In this document: positions 10,979 to 22,513 of the stretch, piece after piece
How positions within the stretch are numbered: the stretch's first letter is position 1
Layout: every line of letters begins with the position of its first letter
Source of the DNA: Amphiscolops sp. MND2022
Taxonomy: Eukaryota
Assembly: GCA_964187785.1 (NCBI GenBank)
Contig: OZ076409.1
Span: forward strand, 3,846,001-3,910,000
Direction of reading: 5' to 3'
Length of the DNA: 64,000 bases
Made by a program: the position numbers and the translations under genes
The notes under the pieces: generated by a model
Seen by the model: the letters and a program-made list of their open reading frames with translations, nothing else
What the model was told of the DNA's origin: nothing
The model's database searches: none

Positions 10979-11181
10979 TTACTTTTCGTTGAGCCCTTCC
11001 GCATAAATTTCAATGTCGCATACATCCAGCACTCTGCCAAGACTTTCCTCGGCGGTGACGAAGGTACCGATTAGTCCTTCTCTGGGACAGAAAACAGTCA
11101 TCCAGTTACCTTTGTCTTCCACAGTTCCACATAGAAAGCAATCCTGTCCCTTAGCACGGCAAACTTGAAATACGTAGATAT
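10979..11181 (-). CDS. Terminal exon of a small host gene with an F-type-lectin/F5-8-type-C-like C-terminus (paralog A)
   Basis: Acceptor ttttgtag|. Splices in phase 1 to the 11455-11682 exon, giving ...GQYNGNIYVFQVCRAKGQDCFLCGTVEDKGNWMTVFCPREGLIGTFVTAEESLGRVLDVCDIEIYAEGLNEK*. Not in the ORF track. Confidence 0.55.
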
Positions 11182-11454
11182 CTACAAAAGATCAATGTTC
11201 TACTAATGCAGACGTATATACTCTTTATCTCCTTTATTATCCAATCAAATGTAAACATCACTATACCTACAATTTTGATTTAAAGACAACCTCAGAAGCA
11301 CGATACAACCTTTTCCTTCAAGTTGTTATTTACAAGATCTTAGACTGAAAACGTTTTTTACTATCCATTTCATAGTCCGAAGTTCATGTATCATTTGAAA
11401 CAAGCAAAACAATATGTAACTTTTTTCTATCAACTTTGTTTTACAGCTTCTTAC

Positions 11455-11682
11455 TTCCATTGTATTGGCCGGTGGAAAAAAACTTGATGTGATGAACTAC
11501 TGAAAGTTCAACTTTGAATAGGAGTCGTTTGTTTGGGTGAATACAATTTGTAAATTGCTTGATTTCGATTTCATCAAATGCAGGGATTCCTGGTAGGTGG
11601 AAAGGATTCTTGATCTCTTCAACTGGTTCCACGTAATATGAATTGATAGGCACTCGATTGATAATTGCTCTCATCTTCCCCG
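11455..11682 (-). CDS. Internal exon of paralog A
   Basis: Acceptor ctatttcag| at 11683 and donor |gtaag at 11454. Open frame (ORF 11441..11674) containing NCIHP...FKVELSVVHHIKFF. Confidence 0.5.
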
Positions 11683-12598
11683 CTGAAATAGAGTGATCAA
11701 AATAATACTATTTGACATTGTTTTGCACCAAACTCAATTTTTAGTGTCTTAACAGCAATAAACAGCAAAAAACACCGTAAAATTCCGACACATTTCTCAT
11801 AGAATGTGTCGACTAAAAACCGGAAAAAAATTTTGACATTTTGATTTTTATTCGCGGGAACGGTTCCGCGATTCGAAACAACTTTTTAAAGTCTGTATGC
11901 AACAAACGTTTGAACAAAAACTAGAAGCTTCTCTTGAAAACAATTGTTTTTAGTTTTTTTTCTAACAACCGATATAGTATATACTCCATATACAACTCCT
12001 TTTACGAACTTTCGAGATTCAACATGCCTCATCCAGTTAGTAAACTTTATTAGAATTTCATCATTCCTTCTTATACCCGCAAAATTAACATGCAGATATT
12101 ATTGTCGTTTTGAAAACATTCCCACGCGTTGTTATCAAACGAACCACAATCAACTACCAGGTTCAATCTACCGGTCGATTTGTCTGGAAGAACTCGAAGA
12201 AGACCAAAGTTTCAAAGTTTCGTTTTTGGTGTTTTTGGTGATTCGTGCATTTTTTTAGTTCAGCTATTGGTTGCGCTCTGATTTTCAGCAACAAAAAAAA
12301 TCGCCATCGGTATCGAGTTGATCCGTTACCGTCTAGAACGCAACACTGCTGGGAATCTGTTCTACCAGGTTTTTGGTTTCGCACCAAGTAGTTCACGAAA
12401 TTATGGAAGTATTCGTGTTAGAGGTCGAAAATTATCCGTAAAGTAGACTCTTTGTACAGATCTTTTCGCTACAAAAGGGTGTATTCGAAAGGGCGCCGGA
12501 TTAAAGCAGGAGAACTGTTTATTTGCAACCACGCCAAAATGGAGAATGAACGTTTCTTTTTTCTTTTATTGAGTGTGAAAGCGTATACACCCTAGTCA

Positions 12599-12807
12599 CT
12601 AACCAACAGTGTAGCCGATTATCTCGACTTCACAAAAACCCAATATGTGGTACTTGTGTCTGATTTGAACTTCATTGCCAGCTATGAATCCACCCAGACA
12701 GTAGACTCCTGCCCAGTCACCGGGTTTTGTTGACGTCATCACCCCACAAGGTAGGCATTGAATGCCGTGAGAACACACATCAATCCAGAGTCCTTCAGCT
12801 TCAAAGG
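12599..12807 (-). CDS. Terminal exon of paralog B (F-type-lectin-like C-terminus)
   Basis: Acceptor attctag|, same phase as paralog A. VCSHGIQCLPCG...GDWAGVYC..GFIAGNEVQI...LGFCEVEIIG shares the Cys spacing and CEVEI ending. Upstream exons not resolved. Confidence 0.5.
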
Positions 12808-13363
12808 CTAGAATCACAAGCATTTCAAGACAAATCTTCCCAAAAAAGGACGATTTGATACTGAAGTGAAATAAAAAACGGGCTAAGAAGAAACAATTAT
12901 TGTAAGAAAAGCAATATGCCCAGATTTTCTTTCAATTTCTCATTGAATCAAATTGATACAATATACAGTTAAAACCGTTTTCGCATTACCGCGGGAGTTA
13001 TGAATAAACACTGATAAAGACAGATTTGGATCTAACGTCTGATTCCGTCTTTTTTTCTGTGAATCAGACCACATTTCCTCAAGAGCGAACGTGTATCGAA
13101 CAGCTTTGTGGATGACTTCAATATAGAGAAAAAATATTTCAAATCGTGATGCATTCTCGGAGAGTTTTCCATTCAGGAATATGAATGAAGTTTCAGATCG
13201 CATGCAACGATCACCTTTTACCTCGGCGGTCAGAGCAGATACAATTCTACGAAATGATCAGAAACTTCATTCAAACGAGAATGATGTCAACTGCCATGAT
13301 GACTTTCTAACATGTCTCATCTCGTCATAAGGGACAAACAAGCCCTTATAAAAAAGGGACCCG

Positions 13364-13480
13364 AGTAGTAGAAGTACGTGGCATTATATGTGGGGGAGGG
13401 GGGTGTTGAGTGAGTAACCAAATATGGTCATAACGCGGATTCCAAAATGACGTCATGATGACGTAACCAAATTCCAAAAA
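13364..13480 (+). repeat. Probable left terminal inverted repeat/origin of the Polinton
   Basis: Begins (AGT)n as Polinton ends do. G-run, CArG-like CCAAATATGG at 13418-13427 and CRE palindrome TGACGTCA at 13448-13455. Partner TIR absent, so the inner boundary is unknown. Confidence 0.6.
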
Positions 13481-13801
13481 CACTTAAAATAACATCACCA
13501 ATCGTTACATTTCATTGGTTGACGAAAAAGAGCGACTAACATGTGGAATGGTTTTTTCCAATGAGTCAAGCAAAAAACGAGTCTAAATAAAGATCTAAAA
13601 CCCCTAGTGGGATCTGTTGTTATCCAGGTTTGAGCCTCAGCATATCCTCAAAATTCTTTCCTAGTATTTATGCAAGGGCTACTTTTTGGCAATAATAAAA
13701 ACACTGATGGTTCAACGCAAAAAGTGTAAATTCTCTACATTTGTGTTTTCCTGAATGTTGACACGTGAATAATACTTGTTTGAAATTAAAGTACAAGATA
13801 A

Positions 13802-14026
13802 ATGCATATTGAAAATTTGAGCAATGATTCCGACAGTCTTGCAACAGACAGCGATTATAATTCAATGGTTTCATTTGACGAAGATGATGCTGATGATGAT
13901 GACGATGGTCTGATACATCTCAATGTTGAGGTTGTAGAACTGTTTGAACGCTTGTTGTTATGGCTGGATCACGTTCAACAAATTGACGACATTTTGCAAG
14001 ACTGGATGATTGATGATGAGCAGTAG
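13802..14026 (+). CDS. Small very acidic hypothetical protein near the Polinton end
   Basis: 74-aa ATG-initiated ORF, D/E-rich (DEDDADDDDD) with a C-terminal amphipathic helix. Confidence 0.45.
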   Translation: MHIENLSNDSDSLATDSDYNSMVSFDEDDADDDDDGLIHLNVEVVELFERLLLWLDHVQQIDDILQDWMIDDEQ

Positions 14027-14113
14027 GTATGATGATGACGAAGAAACTAGAAAGAAAAATAATTTCATGAATTCTGGTTGAACGACATGAACACCTAGCC
14101 TTCAAAACTTTTT

Positions 14114-14949
14114 TTAACCTTTTAACGAATCTGACGGGTACTTTCTTTTCCGAGACGCTAGTTGAAACTGTTGAGCAAGCGTTTTTGCAGTCTCTAAGTC
14201 TTCCATTGCAAGCAAGGGCTCTCCCGACGAATCAACTAGATCAGGAAACAATTCAGCAAACGTGCAAGTTTTGTTCTGCATTTCGTATAAGGAAAAAAAT
14301 AAAGCTTTTACAAACATTAGTGAACTGATTACTGGCAGGGGACAAAAGGCAGTCACTCTCACTTGTTCCTCTCAATCTGAGGTTGTCTCTTTTGAAATTT
14401 TGTCTTCGAGCAGTTCTACTTTTTTCAGCAATTCAAGCTCCTCCATGTTCAAATTATCAGTGTTCTAAAGCAAAATTAACCTTGTCCATTCCAGAGATTT
14501 TTACAGCAAGAAAAAGCAAAGAGTACCTTTAGACTTTGTTCAAGATAGCTACTTGTGGATGGCTTGTTGTTACAATCAGTTTTATCATCCTTAAAGTACC
14601 ATGCGACATTGTTTTTACCATCCTCTATGAACAGTTTCTCCAAGAGGTTCCTTTCTGATTCGTCAACTTGGTTTTCCGCAGCATCGTCTGGAAACAACAC
14701 ATTATTTTGTTTGTTACTGTTAAGGGCAGTACTTTTTTGACTAACTGTGCTGACATCACCAAGAGGTGTGTCTGAAACATCATAATACAAAATCACAATT
14801 GGACTATATTTTACCTCTAGTTGGATTATGTTCAAAGGTTTACCTAAGCCAATAATTGCTTGTCTCGTCTTCTTTTTCTCTTTGCGATTAACAGTAGGAG
14901 GAACAGTTGTATTTTTTCGAGTCGGTGGTGTCCATTCGTTGTTAGCCAT
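14114..14949 (-). pseudogene. Hypothetical Polinton gene, probably two exons (intron 14465-14526), one in-frame TGA
   Basis: AAG|gtactc...ttttgctttag|AAC joins ORF 14476..14994 in phase 0 to the frame of ORF 14114..14362. Confidence 0.45.
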
Positions 14950-15045
14950 TTCTGAAAAGTTGATGAGCTTTCGACAAAACTGAAAGAAAAACAAAAAAAT
15001 TCAAACTAGTTTTATAATGAAAAAAATTCCGAGTACGCTATACAT

Positions 15046-18000
15046 TTATTGGGGATGTTGTAACACCATTAGCATGCACAAATCGTTTGTAAAAAAATAT
15101 GTAATAGACATTTTGTTTCGTTTATATGTGAACATATTTCCTCGGTAGTAGCGAAATCCTTTGCTGGATCCTTCGTAGGGCACCTTGTTGAATAAAACAG
15201 ATTTAAATCTTTCCAGTGGCGACTCTAGGTTTTTGTTGCTTCCTTTAGTAGCCATTTTCATCTTTTTGTTGTTTTCATTAAATGCGTAATAGGTTTTGCT
15301 GTTGAGGCAAATCATTTCCGTTCCCTTCCATTCAATTTTGAAGAGTCCAGGTGTTCTTTTATCGATTGCAGCGTGTTCTTTACAACAGCTTCGAGTTAGA
15401 AAATTCAGTTGAGCATTTGGTAGATAACAGTCTTTTTGATCATGAAATTGCTTCGAATTTTCTTGCATTTGTGTCTTTGCAGCCTCTGTGAAACACTCAT
15501 GCAGGTCGTTTTCTGTCAGAGCCATGTAGAAAGAGTCTGTGTCCATCTCTATAGCACGAATAGATCTCGGTCTCATAATTCTGCCGAGAAAGTCGTAACG
15601 AAAATCTAACATTCTTTGTTTTCCATTGTTTAGTACTGTAAAACCAACGAGAATGGGTTCATCGTGCACAATTTTTCTTTTAGCCATGGTAATTTCGTAA
15701 ATCTTTTCATCCTCAACATCATAGGTCCGGAATTTCGGTGAATTGATTTTTTGATCAACTTTTCGTTCATCAACAAAAAACGTGTTTTGAAATTTTGATT
15801 GCTTATTAGTTGGATACGATATGCGCTGTTTCCAATAAGTTTGGATGTTTCTGCAATCACACTGATAGACTTGTCTACATCTCCTCGACGTCCAAGAAAT
15901 CTTTGAAGGGCTGTGCTTTTTTATACCGATGAAACTGGTAGCATTTTGTAACAACTAAACTATGTTCCAAACACCACTTGATGTAGTCGGTAGATAACAT
16001 AATCTTTTCTCCAAAGTAGCTGGCGACAAGACATTTCCAACCGTTTTTCATCAAGCCAAACTCTTGGGCATAATCTTGCATTTCAACAGAAAGATGATGC
16101 TTCTCGACAATTGTGTTTTTGAAGATGGGTGGAAGTTCTTTAAAGCATTCCTTTAGGTGATCTGAAACATGGATATCAATTTCAGCTATTCCATGAACTT
16201 GTTCTTTCAGAACTGCATTGAGAAATGTCTCCAACGTTGAAAACTTTGGTGGTAGACTATCAAGTTTTCTCATAAACTCTTTTATTTCGGGGTCTGTTTA
16301 GTTAAGCTGATTCCATTGACACTACCATTGCTCAATCACACGGAATCCTGTGTTTAGAAGAACTTCCTCACGCTCCTTGTCATTTTCACGAATTTTCGTC
16401 GGTGTTTTTCTATGAATTGGAGGCAGCTAAAACATTTAGCAGACTATAGCACCTCATAAGAAAGTGTATGATTCATTGTTTCAAAATTTAAATTTGTCAA
16501 CTATTCAAACTCATACAGTCATGGGCGTGATGATAACATCCCAAAAACTCCCAAACAGTTTTACAGGAGACGCAGATAGCATCGGGAACGAGTGTTCTAA
16601 CTTGGTGGCGCATATTGGTGAAACGAGTGGTCACTGAACCATTTGGATTTTGATCATGATGTTGTTTGGATATAAAGGCAACATACTGTCGTTCGGCATG
16701 TGAAAAGTTACTTTTTTTCGGAAACTAGAGTGTTGTCGCCGTTGCACACGTAATGAGTTAAAGGTCCAGTTGGCATGTTTCCACCAATAGCAGATAAATT
16801 CAAAGCGTTGGCATCATAACCAACTATTGACTTGATTTTTTCATCATTGATTACAGTTTCATTTTTTTTTCGTAACGACTAAAAACTATACTTGGGCCAC
16901 CAACGATGTTGTTTCGAAATCTTTGATACAAATCCTTGTTTTTGTGGTTGAACAAAAAATTCCTTCGCCCTTATTTGATCAATGTAAGGTTTTGTTGGCG
17001 GCACCACTGAATGTTAGAGTTTCCTTCAGCAAGTCAATTGAATGTTGTTCATAGAATTGGGCCATTTTGTTCACAGCTTTGTGGAGGGGAGAATTATCAA
17101 GGTTATTGTAAAACTGCAAATAATCCATCATTGTTTGAAAACCTTCCTTCTCCCATGTTTGTTTAAGGTCCTCATAAACTTCCAACCCCGTCTTTGGTCT
17201 CGTTGGATCGGTGAGACTGCCTCCGTTTCGAACGAAACTGTTAATCTCGCTCTCCAAAACATTTTCATTCTTCAAAGAGGAAAAGAAGGCTTGGTAGGGT
17301 GGTAATGAAGTCTCTTGTAAAACTTCAAAACTGGTGAGATGTTCGTAGGGAAAAAAACTTGCTTATTTCGCTACCAGAGGCTTTAAAAAACTTGTCCAAT
17401 GAAGTACCAGCTGCAACAAAATGACTACAGTTCATGAAGCGCAGGTTTGGTGTCGGAAGAAGTAAGAAGCGAGTATTTCGCTTGATACACTTGATGGATG
17501 ACAAGCTAACGAAACGCTGCAGAGACTTTAAAAGGTATGACTTTGTCAAATTCAAATCGTAAAATCCATTATTGAATCCGGCAATTGGTAGGTGATCCAT
17601 ACATCGCAAGATCTGTGTTCGTGTTCTTTTCAACAATGTGTGCAATCTCTGCTGTGTGCTGGACACATTAAGAGTAGTAGTGGTGGTTTCGGTTGGTCCA
17701 CCCTCTCCATCATCTGAGTGTGTGTTTTCTCCCACGGAGTCATCTGGTTCAAAATCTAATAACATTTCATCAATTCGCTCTAGATAGGGTAAAAACTTTT
17801 GTCGCTGCTGAGAAACATTTTTGAGGGACAAGTCCATTAAATAGTCGACAAACTTGTCTACCAAAACATGAGGGTCTTTTTCCACTAGCCAATGAGCAGC
17901 AGATTTGTCTGGTGTAACATTTTGATATACTGCAACAGATACGGGAATATGTTGATGGGTAAACTCCAATTTCTTCGTCTTGATGAAACAATCATCTTGG

Positions 18001-19253
18001 TTGGTATCAAATCCATTTGTTTGCTGTTGTGATGACGATTTTTGTCTCAAAATGGCTTCAAAATCAAAGGTAGCAAAAGACTTGTAGTATCTGTGCTCAT
18101 GCGGAACACAAACATCAAACACGGTCTCTAACGTTGTGAAAAAAGTGGCAGTGGGCGAATATTTCCCACCTGGATAGGAGTGATCTGACTTTTCCGAGCA
18201 TGACTTTAAATAGCGATTTAATTCAAACAGTCGTGAAAAGTACTGTTCGCACTTGATGCACTTCAATCGTCGAAAAAAGACGTTTAGGTTTCGAATTAGA
18301 CAAGTGTGGTTATCGACTAGAAGCAGGTCAACAAAGTTTGATTGCATGTCCAATGTCAATGTTTTACTACGGTATAACAATTCACCTTGTACAACATTGT
18401 TTACATCTAGCTCAGCTGAAAACACTCGGATGGCACAAGAACAAAACTTTTCAACGTCTGGCAGGTCCGTCAGCTCAATACCGAAGAAATTTTGAACGTT
18501 CTTTTGCACTCCGCGAATGTACCTTTGAAAAAGTTCCACTGTTTTAGATTCCAATCCATGCATAGAAATTCGTTGAAAGGCAGCCAAGGTACGAAATACA
18601 CAAAGATTATCATTAAACTTTCGTTTCATAGATCTGCTCTGGGTAATTGTCCAAACACTCCTTGCGGATTTGATGAAATCCGGAATATCTATTACATCTT
18701 GATCGGCGCTGCCCATTGGCAGGCGTGACAAGTGTGTGGCATGTAGAGAGACGTTGGTTAAACAGAAAAAGTCCATTTTGTGCTGTCGCGAATGTTTGTA
18801 AGTTTTTCAATGAAGTCAGTGTTGAAAATGTCTTGTTTTAATAATTTGAATTGTTCAAAGTTTTCTACTAGCTTTGTATTGGGTAAGACCGTTGTATTGT
18901 CCCTTGAGTAGTAGTACCGATATTCGCCAGTTTCGTTGTTTGAGGGAATGTATCCAAAACTGACTTTCATTTTGGATACCCTCGTTTTTTTGCTGTTGAA
19001 TCACAGAAGCCACATTTGAAGTTTTCTTCTTCACATGCCTCACAGATTTATGAGTGTTGAGATCTTGGCTACTTTTTAAAATGTAGTTGCACTGTCCACA
19101 GTGTAAGTCATCATCCTTGTCATGTGTCTTTTCATGTCGGTTGCGGTTGTACTTGCGCGAAAACTCTTTTCCACATTTACTACAAACAAAAGTTACAACG
19201 GATGGCGAAGTTGAAGGTGTTGTTGTTGTTGTTGCTCCATCAGACGACTGCAT
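15046..19253 (-). pseudogene. polB: Protein-primed family B DNA polymerase with N-terminal C2H2 fingers and a Vsr-like nuclease insert; many frameshifts
   Basis: ExoI FDFEAI, ExoII FNNGFYDL, ExoIII YNNLD, motif A GYDANAL..MPTG (~16770-16830), motif B KLIGNSAY, motif C MDTDSFY, TPGLFKIEW, SKTY, KG. Spread over ORFs 18855..19346, 18758..18970, 17325..18776, 16979..17275, 15875..16273, 15630..15860 and 15046..15954. Confidence 0.93.
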
Positions 19254-19969
19254 CGCGATGAATAAGCAGCAGCAGCACTTGCCGTCGTTCTTTCGGGAGA
19301 ATTTCAATCTAAAACAGTGCCTGTTTGTTACTACAAATCCAAACAATTTTCGAAGTTTTTTAGTAACTCCTGAATTTGCTGTGGGTAAACATCAGACGAA
19401 CAAGTTTTGTAACAAAAATGAACAGTGCAAACATCACATCATGCTTTATGGTTTTGACGATATACAAATTAAGTTGATGCATTTGAATTATGATTTTGAA
19501 AATGTAAATTGTCCCTACAGTTATTTCAAATTCTTCATTATTCTTTCGGAAAAAGTTGTTTGTATTCATGGGAACTTCCTGATGGAACCTTTGTTATTGG
19601 CTACCAGACACAATCGTATACATCGAAGCAAAGAATGTGTCACAAGTCTACTTTGGAGACGGATTGGTCGGAAAAAAGGAGACGACACTCACCAGCAACA
19701 ACCAACAGAGGTCCACAACACACTATAGCGTCGCTGATGAATATTGGTCAAATGCAGATTGTTGTCGTGACTCGTCTATTGGAAATTTTGCAACAACATT
19801 CTTCATCTGAAATTTCCACCATCAACACAAATGACATCAGCACATTAACCGAGTAATTTTCCTTCGGAAGCCTACCTTGCAAATTCAAATCATTACTTTT
19901 GTTCACTACCTGCAGTTCAGCTGTTATTTGCTGATTCAAAAAATTTTGACAAATTAACAAATTTTCATC

Positions 19970-20553
19970 ATGGCATCAACTGCTGTCATCAACCCTGTTG
20001 ATTGTAAAGTGTTGAAATGTTTTGAAGTTGAAGTTAGTACAAAACGTTACCCTTTAATTACCGTTAAAACCTATCCGTCTTCTTCAGAAAACAACATAAG
20101 TATTCAACTGTTCAAGTTAGATGAAGAGAAAAAAAATACTCACTACAAAAGTGTTTGACTCTCAAGTTTCAAGAAATAAACAAAATTCCTTGGGACGACG
20201 TTTACACCAATGTTGTCAATGTCTTCGACTTTCCACTAGACATTCGCATGCCCTACCACAAATACGATATGGACTACTTTGACTTCATCTTTGATGTTCA
20301 AGACTTTCTCGCAAACAAGTCGAGAGTCGTCAGAGTAGCTTCCAAGCGTTATCCTCAAGCTACCTACTTGTACTTAAAACTCTTTATTCAACATCAAAAG
20401 CGCTGGAAAATGCAACAAACAATAGACATTTCTTGGATGGAGCTATCTCATTTATTGAGCGTTGTCAGAGAGATTCAGAGCTACCCAAATGGAATACCTA
20501 AAGAAGGAAGTCCAATCACAGATACTGGCTATTTCGTCCAATCGCAACATTGA
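19970..20553 (+). pseudogene. Putative tandem PC4-like ssDNA-binding protein, frameshifted at an A-run near 20130
   Basis: Two similar repeats (KRYPLITVKTY..ISIQLF..LTLKFQEI and SRVVRVASKRY..YLYLKLF..IDISWMEL) with a PC4-like strands-then-helix pattern. Confidence 0.45.
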
Positions 20554-20566
20554 CTATCCCAAAAAT

Positions 20567-20597
<31 letters not shown>
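20567..20597 (+). repeat. (CAG)10 microsatellite
   Basis: Directly visible perfect triplet repeat. Confidence 0.97.
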
Positions 20598-20598
<1 letters not shown>

Positions 20599-21308
20599 TC
20601 AGTAGCAATAGCCATTAACAAATTTTTGAGTGCTTCATTACCTCTCTTACTCTTACAGAATTTGGTTGCTTGCTAGCTTGGCTGATTTCAACTACATTAT
20701 CTCGTTTGTATTGGATGTGGAGTTTTTAGAAGTTGACGTAGTTAAAGAAATTAGTGTAACCACACCGTATCACTCTGTTTCTTTATCATTTAAACCTCCC
20801 AGACAATGGAATGATCTACCCCGTGAAGAACAACTGTAATACAACAACAACAACATTCTCAATATTCCGTGGGTTGAAGGCGCTATTGAATACAAAGAGT
20901 CGAGGAACGCTGTATACACCCTCATTCCACCAGGAGTCATGAAGTATGCAAAAAGAGGGCAAAAGTATGACTTTTTCTCTCGTTTTTTCCTTTTCAAAGT
21001 TCACAATTTGGAAGACATGGGCTGTCCCGACGCACGCCTCTGCAATCCAACATTTGATAAATAAGAACATTAAGGAGAACAACGACGACGACGACAAGGA
21101 GAACAGGCCATTGTTTCCCAATTTCCCCAAATATCCCAATCATTATGAAAAATGTGTTGCCATCAAGAGTAAGCTTTATCTCAAGTGGTTAGCCAATAAA
21201 ACTGAAGAAGACCCTGCTGCTGCGGAAATGGCGCGAAAGACTTCCCCGCTGCATAACAATGCAACACTCACACATGTAATTATCATCGTAATTTGTTAAA
21301 TCTGCAGC

Positions 21309-21572
21309 ATGACTGATCAGCCGGATCTTGCATTGCAAGAATTCGTTTTTGACAAGAATAACCAAGAACGCAAGCCTTGGACAATTTGCGGCAAGCCTAT
21401 TGCACGGTCCGAAATTGTCTTTTTCAGTCAATTACTTGTCATTCTTATGGTTATATCGTTTTGTATTTTCAAACGTTCTGTATCATCTTCAAACGATAAA
21501 GACAAGCCGGTTTGGATTGCCTTGCTGGCCAGTGCACTGGGATCTATTCTACTCAATCCAACACTGAAATGA
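21309..21572 (+). CDS. Small two-transmembrane Polinton protein upstream of the ATPase
   Basis: W.ICG...RSEIVFFSQLLVILMVISFCI...VWIALLASALGSILLNP. Its stop overlaps the ATPase start (ATGA). Confidence 0.7.
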   Translation: MTDQPDLALQEFVFDKNNQERKPWTICGKPIARSEIVFFSQLLVILMVISFCIFKRSVSSSNDKDKPVWIALLASALGSILLNPTLK

Positions 21573-22296
21573 ACAAGGTCATTTCCACTGACAACCATGT
21601 GTTTATGTCTCTTGTTGGTCCATCCGGCTCTGGAAAGACTGCTCTTTGTATAAACTTTCAACCTTGCCAGTGTTTCAACCAAGGCACCAATCTGTAATTT
21701 TTTTCTATCAACATTATCAAGAAGCGCACGAAAATTTGAAGCGCGACGTTGCAGAAATTGAATTCATACATGGACTAGACTTTGGTTTGATCAACCAATC
21801 ATTTACACATGACGGCAAAAAACGCTTGCTAAATGACTTTTCAGAGGAACTTTTGAGATCTAAAGATTTCATATGGATTGCTACCGCTGGTATACACTTG
21901 GGCTTGCATGTTTTGTATATTAGGCATAATTTATTTCATAAATCACCCGTTGGAAGAGACGTAGAGGTGCAGTTGACTCATATTGTGCTTTTTCAATCTC
22001 CCCGTGACATTAATCAAATTGAACGACATGGGCAACAGTTGGGCAAGCAAAAGTTTTTACCTCTATGCTATAAGGATGCCACATCCAAACCTTTTGGATT
22101 TCTCATGATTGATCTGTCACCCAAAACATTGGACCTTTTACGATTTTGTACAAATTTGGAGCCAACAGTTTTCCATATACCCAGTGAAAAGGCCCGCATT
22201 ACAGAAATTGACGCTGACTACACAACGAGTTATTACCGTGCAGCATTTCAAGAGTCTTCCACTGGCCGACCGGTTGGACATATTGAAAAGATGTGA
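21569..22296 (+). pseudogene. A32/FtsK-like genome-packaging ATPase, frameshifted after Walker A
   Basis: MSLVGPSGSGKT (Walker A), a damaged Walker B LLND, ATAG.H.GL.V.YI.HNLF, HIVLF.SPRD..QI, YKDATSKPFGFLMIDL. Confidence 0.9.
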
Positions 22297-22513
22297 GGAC
22301 AAATTCATTGAGTGTCTGGCCGAATCAGTTGTAAACATTTTGCAAGGTGTAGTGCCGGAATCAGGCGGAAAGACATTGAAAAGTTCAAGCCATAAATTGT
22401 GCGAATCATTTCGACCAAAGCAACTCTTGCAGAACAGCGGCCCATTTTCACTTCCCGAAAGGGGCTCTTGTTGCTATATGTTATTATCGAGCATATTATT
22501 CAATACTTTTTAA
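22230..22513 (+). pseudogene. Conserved small Polinton protein following the ATPase, frameshifted
   Basis: ILKRCEDKFIECLAESVVNILQGVVP matches the i..i.E...NiL.G.vP pattern recalled from Maverick/adintovirus small ORFs. Followed by a decayed KKFVFIP ORF near 22531. Confidence 0.55.

Noticed and set aside
16408..16513. Possible GT-AG intron inside the Vsr-like domain of PolB
   Set aside because: The donor/acceptor pairs tried did not restore the frame, so it is left as an unexplained AT-rich interruption.
19087..19728. 213-aa plus-strand ORF
   Set aside because: Antisense shadow of the zinc-finger/PolB start, with a non-ATG start and no motif.
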